Assembly (NCBI RefSeq): GCF_006345805.1
Contig: NC_043015.1
Coordinates: 28,210,001 to 28,274,000 of the forward strand
Reading direction: 5' to 3'
Origin: Octopus sinensis
Taxonomy: Eukaryota
DNA: 64,000 bases
Part shown: positions 1 to 13,085 of the stretch, in pieces
Position numbering within the stretch: the stretch's first letter is position 1
Layout of the letters: each line of letters begins with the position of its first letter
Position numbers and translations under genes: made by a program
The notes under the pieces: model-generated
The model's database searches: none
What the model was told of the DNA's origin: nothing
What the model saw: the letters and a program-made list of their open reading frames with translations, nothing else

Positions 1-347
1 ACATTGTTGCATCTATTATCAAGATATATTCACATACAGTTCAATTAGCTGTTAGTAGGTACCATTAGAAAACTATGGCTTACTACTGCAGCAGAGAGAG
101 AGAGAGAGAGAGAGAGAGAATTTCGTGTAATTAACCTGCTATTTTTAAGATCAAGTCCTACTCGAAGAATGAGCTAAATCTGGTTGACTTTTTCCTATCC
201 TAGCTACATTACATAATGATGATGTTTTCAATGATTGCTTGATGATTCAGTAAGGTTTTAGGGGCTTGCCCCCACTATAAAAACTTTGTTGCCTTTAGCA
301 AATGCTGTTAGGTCTTTTGATATATATATATATTATTATATATATAT

Positions 348-735
348 TCTTTTATTCTTTTACTTGTTTCAGTCATTTGACTGCGGCCATGCTGGAGCAC
401 CGCCTTTAGTCGAGCAAATCGACCCCAGGACTTATTCTTTCCTTTTCCTAGTACTTATTCTATCGGTCTCTTTTGCCGAACCGCTAGGTCACGGGGACGT
501 AAACACACCAGCATTGGTTGTCAAGCGATTTTAGGGGGACAAACACAGACACACAAACATATACATATATATGACGGGCTTCTTTCAGTTTCCGTCTACC
601 AAATCCACTCACAAGGCTTTGGTCGGCCCGAGGATATAGTAGAAGACACTTGCCCAAGGTGCCACACAGTGGGACTGAACCCAGAACCATGTGGTTGGTA
701 AGCAAGCTATTTACCACATAGCCACTCCTACGCCT
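348..735 (-). mobile_element. SINE family A (tRNA head, CORE-like ccttgggcaagt block, internal (TA/TG)n, tail ...GAAACAAGTAAAAGA), full length
   Basis: A box TGGCTGTGTGG and B box GGTTCAGTCCC; many near-identical copies in the window. Confidence 0.85.
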
Positions 736-1705
736 ATATATATATAATTATTAGCGAGGTATTATCAATCCAGGCAAAATTCTTTATAAACTCTCTGTTA
801 GTACACCACTATTGTTTAGATTAGTAAATAACTCCACATATTCTTGTGGCAGGGTTCAGGATTATAGTTCATCACCATTCTGTATTGTAAATGTATGGTT
901 GTGTTCCAGTTATACTGGTTTTTACATGGAGTGATGTAGGTACGTGTATTTCGCTTAGGCAGTGAGATACTAACAACCAGGTGAGGAGCTCACTATACAT
1001 ATGTTTCTGAATGAAGCATTAGGGTGTGTACAGAGCAGTAATAAGAAAAGAGATGACAAAAGAACATTTTTATGCCTATTTTTACATTTTAGCTTGGGTG
1101 AAGTACTGTTCTACAACCAAATGCCCTTCCTGTCACTAACCTTTCAATTTTCTTTTCAAATCCAGGATTTGGGATTTCTTTGAAAGAGCGGAGCTAGTGG
1201 ACTGTTTGTTGACAAGAAAGTAATAACACAGTTCACTGCTTGTTGGGCAGAGCTTTTCATGGCAGGCATGGATGTGTGGACTACACTCTCAGAGTGGTTA
1301 GCGTTAGAACGGGCATCCAGCTGTAGAAACTCTGCCAGATCAAGATTGGAGCCTGGTGCAGCCATTTGGTTCGCCAGCCCTCAGTCAAAATCGTCCAACC
1401 CATGCTAGCATGGAAAGCAGACGTTAAACGATGATGATGATGAACACAGGATGTAAAAATTCTCACATTCACACACACACATATGTATATGGATAGATAG
1501 ATAGGCTATGTATGGCTTTTTTTTTTCTCTCAAATTCACTCACAAAGCATAAGTCAGCTCAAGGTTACTGAAGACACTTGTCCATGCAATGGTACTAAAC
1601 CCAAAACCATGCAGTTTGGAAACACAGTTTTAAATGCAATGTCATGCCTGTACCTTAGTCCTCCTTTCTAAACTGTTGAGTGATGGTAGGTTACTTATCA
1701 AAATC

Positions 1706-2060
1706 ATCTGAACGTGGCCGATGCCAGTGCCGCCTCGACTGGCTTCTGTGCCGGTGGTACGTAAAAAGCACCATCCAAGCATGGCCGATGCCAGCACTGC
1801 CTTGACTGGCTTCCGTGCCGGTGGCATGTTAAAAGCACCAACCAATCGTGGCCGCTGCCAGACTCCCCTGGCACCTGTGCCAGTGGCACGTAAGAAGCAC
1901 CCACTACACTCACGGAGTGGTTGGTATTAGGAAAGGCATCCAGCTGTAGAAACACTGCCAGATCAGACTGGAGCCTGGTCAAGCCTCCTGGCTCCCCAGG
2001 CCCCGGTCGAACCGTCCAACCCGTGCTAGCGCGGAAAACGGACATTAAACGATGATGATG
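1706..2060 (+). mobile_element. SINE family C (…GGAAGGGCATCCAGCTGTAGAAAC…TTAAACGATGATGAT tail); another copy at 1230-1443
   Basis: Variable number of internal ~60-bp repeats; (GAT)n tail like the RTE fragments. Confidence 0.8.
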
Positions 2061-3559
2061 AACATAAGGAAGGACAAAATGCAGCTAACCATTTTGCCCA
2101 GCGCACTAACAATTTTGTCAGCGCACCACCCTAGATCAGATTAATATTAAATATTATTGTTTCAAAGATTGTAATTGTTACAAAATACATAAAACAACAA
2201 AAAAAGAAATCTGTTGTAATAAGACATTCTGGTTCTTGCTGCATCTGTCCTTGGAGCAAAACAAATATTTTGGCAAGCGACCAAGTACTCACTCATTCCT
2301 GTTGGAGGTTTGAAAATCAATATTTATTCATACCAGAGTAAATCCTCTTTGTTACACATTCGAATATGGTTATCTAACTATTTAGTGTACTGACCAGTTG
2401 TTTTCTAGAATGTTTAATGTTCATCAACTGTGCCAGCAGAGAGAAGAAAGTATTGTAGCCATTGGGACAATGGGGATGAGAGGCTTCCATGCTAGAAAGA
2501 GCAGCCAAATTCTTTCGACTTTCACCTCAACTGTTTTAAAAAAACGAGACACACATTGTTGAAAGTCGTACTTCGCGGTGCAGCATTGATGTGTGATTAA
2601 CAAGTTCTCTTCCCAACCACATGGGTTTGGGTTCAGTCCCACCGTGTTGCCCTTTGGGTAAATGTCTTTTACTGTAGCTTCAAGCTGACCAAAGTCTTGT
2701 GAGTGGATTTGGTACAGAGAAACTGAAAGAAGCCCATCATTTACGTATGTATTGTGTGTGTGTCTTTGTCTTGACATTGTGCAATAGTAAATGAGTATTG
2801 CTATCATAAAGGCAGGGTCCTTCATACCAGTCATACGTGAAAATACAGCTGGCCATGGAGGGTGGGAAATGTTACATTGCTTGGAAGCATTTGAGGGCTG
2901 GTGGACAGGAAAGGCTTCTGGTCATAGAAAATCTGCCACAATAAATTCTGTCTGACCCATCCAGCCTTGGAAAAGTGAATGCTAAACAGATGATTTTTCT
3001 CAAATGACGAAATACCATAACTGGAATACCTTTGATCTTGCATTTGGTCATGGCACAGACCTTGGGCTGAACAGTATCACATACCTATTTCTTTATTACC
3101 CACAAGGGGCTAAACATAGAGGGGACAAACAAGGACAGACATAGGTATTAAGTTGATTACATTGACCCCAGTGCGTAACTGGTACTTAATTTATCAACCC
3201 CGAAAGGATGAAAGGCAAAGTCGACCTCGGCACCATAGCAATGATAATTAATGTAATTATCATTATGTAGCAAAGATAATTGAATGTGTAATGTGGGAAC
3301 TGTGGGAATTTAGTCTCATTGTAGCAATGATAATAACTGAGTGTTTGTTGACAATCCAGTGTGGAGAGCCTTGATGTTGTTGCTCAACTTGCCAGAAATA
3401 GCAGCTAAGTCTCCCTCAAATCCTAACCCCACCATCTTAAATCTGGTAGATTACATGGATAATATAGTCTGTGATATAGAAAGAAAGACAGGGTAGTCAT
3501 GGTCATTCAGGGCTGGGAATAAATAACAAGGACTAGTATGTGGAGGTTGGCTGAAACAT

Positions 3560-3715
3560 TCATGGGCTGGCCGAGATACTTTCATGACCAAATGAGGTCT
3601 ATTTCAACACAGTCCCCTTTGAGGTCCACACACTTCTTCCATCGGTATTGCAGTGCTTGAATCTCATTGGTGAAGAAGCTTTTATCCTGTTTGCCAAATT
3701 TGAAGTATGACCTAT
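3560..3715 (-). mobile_element. Mariner transposase C-terminal relic with adjacent TIR
   Basis: FFTNEIQALQYRWKKCVDLKGDCVE resembles mariner GIxxLxxRWxKCVxxxGDYVE. Confidence 0.75.
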
Positions 3716-3950
3716 GACCCCAGTATATTTTCACTCTTGCTTTGATAATACATGTGAAAAACTTAGGGTTTTTTGTTAGTCCATTGTAGAAAATAGGGTC
3801 CAGTTGCTTAGGATTAAAAAATACTGGCATGGCTGTGCGGTTAGCAAGTACCCTTCCCAACCATGTGGTTTCAGGTTCAGTCTCACTGTGTGGCACATTG
3901 GGTAAGTGGCTTCAACTATATGTAACTCCTGGCCAACTAAAGCCTTTTAA

Positions 3951-4170
3951 CCGTTTAGTGTTTAAACCAGCTATATCCGGCCCAAATATTCTACATGTTT
4001 TATATTCAAACTGGCCATATCTAGCCTCTCACACTCAACCTACAATGTCATGCTAAAAATAAACAATCACATCATTGAAACCTCAATGCTATAAGATAAT
4101 GCAGGATTAATTAAAAACAATTTGAGTAAAAAAATATTACATTTAACAGAGTAATCTGAACACTAAAGGG
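3951..4170 (-). mobile_element. 220-bp TTAA-target (piggyBac-like) MITE
   Basis: CC(C/G)TTTAG...CTAAAGGG TIRs, TTAA on both sides; same family as 6268 and 30201. Confidence 0.85.
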
Positions 4171-4651
4171 TTAAATGGATTTGGTAAATGGAAACTGAAA
4201 GTGGCCCACCGTTTATACATATATATGTGTGTGTTTGTGTTGGTGTGTTTACATTCCTGTAACTTAGTGGTTTGGCAAAAGAGACCAGTGGAATAAGTCC
4301 CAGGCTCGAAAAGAAAATAAATACCGAAGTGGATTAGTTTGATTAAAATTCAAAATGGTGCCCCAACATTGTCTCAGTCTAATGATTGAAACAAGTAAAA
4401 AAAATATCAAAATATTGTTTTAACATCCACTTCTCTATGCTTGCATTGATCAGGCAGAAATCATTGATGCAAATTTGCTATGTTTGTTTAACCTTCCGTT
4501 AACCATCACCTGTTTCCAAGCAAGATATTTTCTGCATGATGAAACAGTTTTTTTCTTTTTTTTTGACATCTGCTTTGCATTGTGTTGACAGACTTGCACT
4601 TAAAATTTCCACATTATCAAAACTTGTTAGTTACTATGGTAACAACACTAC

Positions 4652-4691
<40 letters not shown>

Positions 4692-5282
4692 GTGTGTGTG
4701 TGTCTCTCTCTCTCTATTTGTTTCTGAACAGCAACTTTTTCTCTTCCCCCATTTTTACCTCCTAAAGATACATCATAACAGGGATTATCTCCCCTTTTGA
4801 TTCTTCCTTCCCTTCCTCTACACAGATGTTGTTATGAGTGTCTTCTCTTTTATAATATAAGATTGGAAATGAGCAATGCTCATTTACAAAACCCTGTGAT
4901 GTCATTACATGGACATACACTTGCATATATACACATATATATGTTGAGCTTCTTTAGGTTTCCATCTACCAAATCCACTTGCAAGGATTTCTTTGGTGCT
5001 GGGCTATAATAGAAGACACTTGCCTAAGGTGCTGTTCAGTGGGATTCCTTGTCTTACCATTGTGTGATAGTTGTAAACAAGTGTCACCATCATATAAGTA
5101 GTGTCATTCATTTCCAGACTTCTGGCCATGAAGAAATATTGTGGTGCTTACAAATGGGAGGGTTGGTGTCAGAAAAGGCATCGACCTGCATCTAAGAACT
5201 CTGTGTAACCCATGCAAGCATGGAAAAGTGTAAATTAAAGCAATGATATGAGAAATTTGTCAAACATTCAACACTAATTTCA

Positions 5283-6038
5283 AAAAGTCTTCATGTGAAC
5301 GCGACCTGGGTGTTATTGTCAACAGTGATTTGCGTTGGACAAAACACACCGCTAAAATTGTCAAGAAGGCTGAGGGTGTCTTGGCATCACTCACCAAATC
5401 CTTTGTGAGCCGCTCTCCGACTATCTATAGCTATGGTAAGACCTCACCTAGAATTTGCATCACCGGTCTGGAACCCCTATCTTGCCCAGGATATCAATCG
5501 TCTGGAAGCCGTTCAGCGACATGCAACCAAAAGAATAACCTCCATCAGGCATTTGCCATATTCTGAACGCCTTACTTCCCTGGGCATGGACACATTGAAA
5601 CTCTGACGTTTGGCAGCTGACTTGGCAAACACCCATAAAATTATCAACCATCTTACAAACAATAACTCTGAGCACCTTTACAAACTCCACCCGTCTAACA
5701 CCCGTGGACATGTTTACAAAGTCAGAAAACAGCACAGCTCCCATGACTTCAGGAAGCATTTTTTCACGCTGAGAGTTGCTGAAGCATGGAACAAACTGCC
5801 AGCATCAGTTGTTAGTTGTCGGAGCACTGCATCCTTCAAAACTTCCATGCTTCCTGAGATTTGCCAACACTACACCTGATTTTCTCCCCTCCATACACAT
5901 ACAAGCATGTATCTGACTCATGCATTGTTCGCTTTCCAGACATTTGTACATTATTGCATATGCTTTATACACACTTTCTGACAAGTTGTGGTGCACCTGA
6001 GCACTGTATACAATAATTTCATTATTATTATTATTATT
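5283..6038 (+). mobile_element. CR1-clade LINE 3' end with (ATT)n tail
   Basis: Frameshifted DLGVIV..LRWTKH, RPHLEFASPVW and TRGH..K...FFTLRVAEAWNKLP; tail at 6018-6038. Confidence 0.85.
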
Positions 6039-6089
6039 CTGTATTTTTAGTGCTTTTATTTATTAATTTTTATTTTTATGTATTTTCAG

Positions 6090-6222
6090 AGGAAAATAAC
6101 TGAGGAATTAAAACAGAATGCTCCGAAACAAGGTGAAGCTAAGGATATGATAGCTGCCATCCAAAAACATTGTGAAGCCAAGTTAACAGCCGCTGACTGG
6201 GAACAAATGAAACTCGATTCTG
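6090..6222 (+). CDS. CMSS1: CMSS1/Cms1 ribosomal small-subunit biogenesis factor, first recognised exon (RKITEELKQ...KLDS)
   Basis: ttttcag acceptor at 6089, GT donor at 6223, phase 0 to 1; aligns from memory with vertebrate KKITDVLAKSEPKPG. Confidence 0.85.
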
Positions 6223-6267
6223 GTAAAATTAATTGCTTCTATGTTAATTAATTAATTAATCATTTAA

Positions 6268-6487
6268 CCCTTTAGCTTTCAGATTTCTTTGTGAAATGTA
6301 TTGCTTATTTACTCATACTGTTTTGAATTAATCACATATTATTTTGTAACTTCAAAATATAAATGGTGTTGCTGTATATTTTTAAAAGGACATTGTAGGG
6401 TAGGTGTGAGTGGTTGGATACAGCCAGTTTTAACATAAAACAGGTGGAATATTTGGGCCAGATATGGCCGGATTAAATGCTGAAGGG
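6268..6487 (+). mobile_element. 220-bp TTAA-target MITE
   Basis: CCCTTTAGC...GCTGAAGGG, TTAA TSD. Confidence 0.85.
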
Positions 6488-6550
6488 TTAACCATCCTTC
6501 TCCTTCCAGTTTAGTTTAATGAAGCATTTTCTAAGAAATTGTTGAGAATA

Positions 6551-6892
6551 GGCGCAGGAGTGGCTGTGTGGTAAGCAGCTTTAGTCAAGCAAATGAACCC
6601 CAGGACTTATTCTTTGTAAGCCTAGTACTTATTCTATCGGTCTCTTTTACCGAACCGCTAAGTTACAGGGACGTAAACACACCAGCATCAGTTGTCAAAC
6701 AATGTTGGGGGGACAAACACACACAGATACACAACGGGCTTCTTTCAGTTTCCGTCTACCAAATCCACTCACAAGGTTTTGGTCGGCCCAAGGCTATAGT
6801 ACAAGACACTTACCCAAGGTGGCACGCAGTGGGGCCGAACCCGGAACCATGTGGTTGGTAAGCAAGCTACTTACCACACAGCCACTCCTGCG
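6551..6892 (-). mobile_element. SINE A with its tail replaced by an inverted SINE A head
   Basis: + head at 6551-6581 is joined at CTT to a - copy at 6581-6892. Confidence 0.75.
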
Positions 6893-7208
6893 ACTATGTC
6901 AAAAATTAGGTTAAGAAAATACAGTTTCTTTTTTTCCAAATCTTAGGCCCCCCCAAAATTGGGGCATTCCTTATACACATTAAAATACGGTATATTTCTT
7001 GAAGACTACAAATAACCAATAATGTTGAACATCTGTTCTCCTCTAATACTTATTTTATCAGTCACTTTTGCCAAACCGCTAAGTTACAAGGACGTAAACA
7101 CACCAGCATCAGTTGTCAAAATTTGTTAGAAATTTGTTGTAGTTTCTTGTTTTATTGTTTAAAATTGTTAACTTCACCTGATATTTTTTCTTTTTCTTTT
7201 TTTTCCAG

Positions 7209-7374
7209 ACCACTTCTTTGATTCGAATACTGATTCTTTGATGCCTTCCATATATTTGAAACTTGTCCTTCCAAAATGGTCGAAAATGCTGAAGAAAAAA
7301 AAGGATCTTAAGGCAGGATCTCCCCTTGTATTGATTATTGCCAGTTCAGCCATTCGTTCTGTTGAACTGATAAG
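7209..7374 (+). CDS. CMSS1: CMSS1 exon (DHFFDS...YLKLVLPKW...SPLVLIIASSAIRSVELIR)
   Basis: ttttccag acceptor, GT donor, phase 1 to 2; matches the CMSS1 motif LIICSSAVRALELIR. Confidence 0.93.
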
Positions 7375-7409
7375 GTATTGTTAACCTTCTAACTATGATT
7401 ATTTCAATT

Positions 7410-7830
7410 CAGTTGTTCTCAACCAGGGTTCATGTGGCACTTGAGGATCCCTATAAGATTTTATTAATTGAGGATCAGTGTATGATTTTATTAATTATAT
7501 TTGTACAATTCATAAAATATCTTAATTTTTTATACAATTCTTAATAATATTCAATAAAAATGCAGTAACATTTTTTTATGTACAATTCCTAAACCTATTG
7601 GGGTTAGGAAGGACATCCAGTTGTAGAAACGTTGCCAGATCAGATTGGAGTCTGGTGCAGTCTCCTGGCTTGCCAGTCCTCGGTCAAACCATCCAACCTA
7701 TGCCAGCATAGAAAGTGAGTGTTAAATGATGATGATGATGATGATATAAAAATACAGTAAGATTTTTTTTTATAAAAATACAATAGGAATCAAAGGTTCC
7801 ATAGGCAAAAAAATTGCTGAGAATCACTTT
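7410..7830. mobile_element. hAT-like MITE, degenerate, with a nested (GAT)n-tailed SINE fragment
   Basis: CAGTTGTTCTCAACC...GCTGAGAATCACT ends. Confidence 0.45.
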
Positions 7831-7929
7831 TCATGGCAAGCTCTAGTGACAAAATACGGTTGCATGCTAAAGACGCAGGCTCAAAGTGTATATTGAATAA
7901 TGAAGGATAATAACTATGGACACCATTAA

Positions 7930-8151
7930 CCCTTTCGTTACCAACCCAACTGAAACTACCCCTGGCTCAGTAGTGCAAATGTCTTGTTTTCGTAAGATTT
8001 GAATTAAAATTTTCCTCCAAACCTTAGTCACAATTTATGTTCCTAACACTAACTTAATGATAACTAAGCTATTTTACTAAATTCTTCATTATATTTAAAA
8101 TTAATTGAAAGAAACACAGAGCATCTAAAAATAAATACAGTAACAAAAGGG
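7930..8151. mobile_element. Second TTAA-target MITE family (222 bp)
   Basis: CCCTTTCGTTAC...GTAACAAAAGGG, TTAA TSD; fragments near 13650-13740 and 18000-18200. Confidence 0.8.
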
Positions 8152-8189
8152 TTAACAAATCACAGTTTCCTTCAACGAAATGGTCTAAT

Positions 8190-8450
8190 TATGCATTGGA
8201 AGCTGATGAGGTTAGTGGAGAAGTTTAAGTATCTCAGGACTGTATTCAAAAGTGATGGGAAGCAGGAGGCTGAATTGGATGTTAGAATTATAGGTGTTGC
8301 CACGGTTATGCTCCAGCTTCAATATTCAACCCTTAAAAGAGGAGAGGTTGGCAAAAAAAAAAGCCAAAACTAAGTCTCTTCAATTTTGTTTTCATGCCTA
8401 TACTCACCTGTGGCTACTTACGTTGAGTAATGACGGAAAAGCATGATTAC
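8190..8450 (+). mobile_element. RTE-type reverse transcriptase fragment
   Basis: LVEKFKYLRTVFKSDGKQEAELDVRI, similar to VxxFxYLGS...ExExRI. Confidence 0.65.
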
Positions 8451-8479
8451 AAATACTCTTCTTTGGTTGTGCTGCTTTT

Positions 8480-9330
8480 GCAGATTCCCATGACTCCCTG
8501 TCACCATCCAATTCCATTATGAATTTGAATTGGGAGCTTGAATCTTTCATTCACTATTACATTCACTGATTACAGAACCATGGACATCACCTTTATGAAT
8601 GAATTGTAGTTCCTCTCTTGATAAAGCTTAGGGATCCTAACCTTTGACCTTCTAGGATTCCTCCGCTCAGCATCAATGTAAGAAGAACCATTGGCTCAGT
8701 TGAACTCTTCTACTACCTCTTCACAATCTGCCATGCTGCAGTCCCATGACTTAGCCGTATCCCTGGCAGGGTGGCTGAATGGGTGCAATACTTTGCCGAA
8801 GGGCAACTTGTAACTGTGCAGGGACACAGATGTCACCCCCGTGAGGTATTATCAAAATATGCTCTTACCCAATTACAAATACAAACAGCCAACATGGGGT
8901 TCTTCTGAAGGATCTCTGGAAAAACGTTGCTTGAGATCAGGGAGTCTATCCAGGTTGGGTTGAGTTTCTACTTCTCTGCATTGAGAGGTCACTGCTCTGG
9001 TACTGCTGACATTGTGGTTAAGTGTCACAGGAAAGAATCAAGACAAATTCTTCAAACTAAGTCAACCAGAAAAGGACTCAGGGGTAGACTACAAGCGAGA
9101 TGTCTGGTTAACATCCAGCAAGAAGGATGGTCATGCTGTGTAATACAGTTGGATAGTTTGATGACTGTTGCTTCTGATAAGACCCTATGGAGGAGGTGCT
9201 TGAGGACTCTACTCTTAGGAGACCCTCAGAAATTATGGGTGGTGAAAATGCATGGATGGATAGATAGTTGTTTATAACAGTGAATGGCTGTAGAGGTTTG
9301 TTGGACTGGTGACTCTGTTCTGCATTCAGT
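8480..9330 (-). mobile_element. Probable decayed RTE LINE 5' region
   Basis: Reverse complement carries ccaccctgccagggatacggctaag-like RTE 5' motifs; weak similarity only. Confidence 0.3.
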
Positions 9331-9540
9331 CACTACTGCTTCAGTCATTGTGTTTTCTGTCTTTAGGCAAGGCACATAATTCTGTTTGTTCCAGTTTTTT
9401 TACCCCCCACATAAAAGAAGTTCCACTTATGCCTCACTGTTGAAAGTGGTAGGAAAAGCAAACTGTTGGCTTTGCCATCCTAAGCAAGTAGTCAGGTCTT
9501 GAGGAGGATGTCACTATCCATGGCCAAACCAGTGGCTGTA

Positions 9541-9950
9541 GTCATCATCATCATCATCATCATCATCGTTTAACGTCTGCCTTCCATGCTAGCATGGGTT
9601 GGACGATTTTGACTGAGGGCTGGCGAACCAGATGGCTGCACCAGGCTCCAATCTTGATTTGGCAGAGTTTCTACAGCTGGATGCCCTTCCTAACGCCAAC
9701 CACTCCGAGAGTGTAGTGGGTGCTTTTTACATGCCACCGGCACGGGAGCCAGTCAGGCAGTACTAGCAACGACCACGCTCGAATTTTTACACATGGGCCA
9801 GTCAGGCAGTACTGGCAACGACCTCTGAGAGTGTAGTGGGTGCTTTATACATGCCACCGGCACGAGGGCCAGTCAGGCAGTTCTGGCAATGACCTTGCTC
9901 GAATCTTTTTACACATGCAATCAGCACAGGTGCCAGTAAGGCAACGTTGG
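9541..9950 (-). mobile_element. SINE family C
   Basis: Matches family C. Confidence 0.8.
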
Positions 9951-10227
9951 TGATGGCAACAAAGCAACATTGTCAGAGGTCACACATGACTCCTCTCTAT
10001 CTGTGCGAGAAATACACAGTATTCGTTTTATATGGTGGGAGTCACACATGGAATGCATGAAATTTTCCCATCAGGTTGGAGTGCTTAAAATCTAAAAACC
10101 AACTGGCAAGGGAGGTAATACCACTACAGTCACTTAACTGAATCTGTTAGAAAATACAGAAAATGCAGTGTGGGCAGATCTGGATTTTAAATGCAGCTGG
10201 TGAAAGCAATGGACATATTTCAGTCTA

Positions 10228-10607
10228 TGACTCTCTTTGACTTGTTTCAGTCATTTGACTGCGGCCATGCTGGAGCACCGCCTTTAGTCGAGCAAATTGA
10301 CCCCAGGACTTATTCTTTGTAAGCCCAGTACTTATTCTATCGGTCTCTTTTGCCGAACCGCTAAGTGACGGGGAGATAAACACACCAGCATCGGTTGTCA
10401 AGCAATGCTAGGGACGGACACACACACACATATACATATATATACATATATACGACAGGCTTCTTTCAGTTTCCGTCTACCAAATCCACTCACAAGGCAT
10501 TGGTCGGCCCGGGGCTATAGCAGAAGACACTTGCCCAAGATGTCACGCAGTGGGACTGAACCCTGAACCATGTGGTTCGTAAGCAAGCTACTTACCACAC
10601 AGCCACT
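10228..10607 (-). mobile_element. SINE family A, full length
   Basis: Matches family A. Confidence 0.85.
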
Positions 10608-10690
10608 ATGTACCTTCTGAGTTAAGCATAGTCGTCTCACTTGGCAAAACTGAGTATGATCAGTGTGTGAGTGTCTGTATATTTATGTGT

Positions 10691-11095
10691 GCGAGCTGGC
10701 AGAATCGTTAGCACGCCGGGTGAAATGCTTAGCGGTATTTCGTCTGCCGCTATGTTGTGAGTTCAAATACCGCCGAGGTCGACTTTGCCTTTCATCCTTT
10801 CAGGGTCGATAAATAAAGTACCAGTTTCGCACTGGGGTCGATGTAATCGACACTTAATCCCTTTGTCTGTCCTTGTTTGTCCCCGCTGTTTAGCCACTTG
10901 TGGGTAGTAAAGAGATAGGTATTTCGTCTGCCGCTACGTTCTGAGTTCAAATACCGCCGAGGTTGACTTTGCCTTTCATCCTTCGGGGTCGATAAATAAA
11001 GTACCAGTTTCGCATTGGGGTCGTTGTAATCGACTTAATCCCTTTGTCCTTGTTTGTCCCCTCTATGTTTAGCCCCTTGTGGGTAGTAAAGAAAT
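10691..11095 (+). mobile_element. SINE family B (GGCGAGCTGGCAGAA head; GCCTTTCATCCTTTCGGGGTCGATAAATAAGTACCAG block), dimer
   Basis: A/B-box-like motifs; 184-bp internal unit repeated; central block resembles, from memory, the Meta-SINE domain. Confidence 0.8.
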
Positions 11096-11554
11096 ATATG
11101 TGTGTATGTATTCCCCTTAGGTTGTGAATGGGAGAACTGGTCGCATTGGCTTGAGTACCTAAAACAATCGGAACAATTAGCAAAAACATGGTTCGTGTAT
11201 AGAAATAGTGGTGATGTAGCGATGCTGATTAAGTCTTGTGGAATTCTTCCTTTATCTCAAATTCTTGAAATTACTTGATATAGCCATGTTGTGTGGAGAC
11301 CAGAACAAGCTTTGAAAATCTCTTTTCCACTTGTGGTTTTGTAGGTTGTTGGGGGTGGGGGGCATGGCTATGTGGTAAGACGTTTGCGTCCCAAACATGG
11401 TTTCAGGTTCAATACCAGAGTGTGGTACTTTGGGCAGGAGTTTTTTTTTTACTAGAGCCTTTAATGATGATGTGGATGGTGGTGATATATACAAATGGCT
11501 TCTTTATATATATATATCAGTGTGTGTCCGTCCTAATATATATATAATAGATTG

Positions 11555-11790
11555 GCATATTTTGGTCATATTATGAGGAGAAAATCCCTGGAGAAGGACA
11601 TCATGCTCGGAATGGTCAGTGGCAAGAGAGGAAGAGGCCAACCAAGAACCCGCCGGCTTGACACCATCAAGAGTGACACAGGAATGGACATAGCCAGTCT
11701 GAAAGAAGCGGCCCAGGATAGAACTGACTGGAGGACACTGAACCAACGAGTAACCGAGAGTCGACTTCGACTGAGCAGATAGATAGAGAT
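11555..11790 (+). mobile_element. RTE/BovB-clade LINE 3' end
   Basis: YFGHIMRRKSLEKDIMLGMVSGKRGRGQPRTRRLDTIK...AAQDRTDWR. Confidence 0.85.
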
Positions 11791-12072
11791 AGAGTGTGTC
11801 CCTCATTACTGCCTGGCAACCACTGTTGGTATGTATATGTCCTTGTAACTTAGCAGTTCGACAAAAGCGACTGATAAAATAAGTACCAGACTTAAAACAA
11901 AAAGAAATAGTACTGTTATCATTTCGTTTCACTTAAAATTCTTCAAGGCAGTGCCCCAGCATGGCTAATGTCTGTAACAAGTAAAAGGTAAAAAATATCC
12001 ATGATCTTTTCTAATTTCTTTGTTGGCCATTCTTTTAATTTTTCTTGACCGGTTTCTTTCCATTTCTTCCAG

Positions 12073-12136
12073 GGAAGTTGCTCCGTTCAAAGGCGAGGGC
12101 ACTAAAACTGCTAAGTTATTTGCTAAACATTTCAAG
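12073..12136 (+). CDS. CMSS1: CMSS1 exon (EVAPFKGEGTKTAKLFAKHFK)
   Basis: cttccag acceptor, GTTAG donor, phase 2 to 0; KLFAKH signature. Confidence 0.93.
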
Positions 12137-12245
12137 GTTAGTCTTTTTAAATTTATTTCTATAGCTGTTCAATATAGCCTGCTGTTATTAACTGTTATAT
12201 CAATCATTGCTTTTGCATTTGGAAAAGGTATACTAAGTATACAAT

Positions 12246-12535
12246 ATCATGTGATCACGTGACCGACCAGACCATCAGATGTTGTTACACATCGCTGGTC
12301 ACAATGCGTTTGCATTGTTTTAGCCTTCGAATGACGCCACCCTGCTGGCTTAGTGAGCAGGCCAACAGAAGAAAGAGTGGTGAAAGAGTACAGCAGGGAT
12401 CACCACCCCCTGCCGGAGCCTCGTGGAGCTTTTAGGTGTTTTCGCTCAATAAAAACTCACAACACCTGGTCTGGGAATCGAAACCATGAGTCCGCTGCCC
12501 TAACCACTGGGCCATTGCGCCTCCACAGTATACAA
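12246..12535 (-). mobile_element. SINE family E (tRNA-like head GGAGGCGCAATGGCCCAGTGGTTAGGGCAGCGG)
   Basis: A box TGGCCCAGTGG and B box GGTTTCGATTCC on the minus strand. Confidence 0.65.
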
Positions 12536-12643
12536 TATACAGAGCTTAAAGACCATATGTAGGAATGTGTATATTTAAGAGAAAACTGAAAGATAGTTTG
12601 TCATTAATGATGGAAATGTTTTATTATGAATGAGTACAGAACT

Positions 12644-13085
12644 CATCATCATCATCATCGTCGTCGTTTAACGTCTGTTTTCCATGCTAGCATGGATTGG
12701 ACGGTTCGACTGGGGTCTGGGAAGCCGGGAGGCTTGCACCAGGCTCCAGTCTGATCCGGCAGTGTTTCTACGGCTGGATGCCCTTCCTAATGCCAACCAC
12801 TCCGTGAGTGTAGTGGGTGCTTTTTATGTTCCACTGGCACAGGGGCCAGAGGTGGCTGGCAAATGGCCACAATTGATTGGTGCTTTTACATGTCACTGAC
12901 ACGGACGCCAGTCAGGCGGCGCTGGCATCAGCCACATTCGGACGGTGCTTTTTACATGTCACCGGCACTGGTCTCTTAACTACAATTTCCATTTGATTTT
13001 TATTTTGATGTTGGTGTTGACGTACTTGACTCAATAGGTCTCCTCAAGAACAGCGGGTCACTCTACGATCCAAGGTCAGCACAGC
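12644..13085 (-). mobile_element. SINE family C with a long 5' extension shared with 54625-54750
   Basis: Matches family C. Confidence 0.8.

Noticed and set aside
286-717. Recurrent short ORFs such as MVLGSVPLRGTLGKCLLL, RLQSDLAVFLQLDALPNANH and SEFKFHRGQLCLSSFRGR
   Set aside because: These are translations of SINE families A, C and B, repeated throughout the window.
1-6089. First coding exon(s) of CMSS1
   Set aside because: I found no MADDL/acidic or Lys-rich exon with a phase-0 donor; it probably lies upstream of the window.
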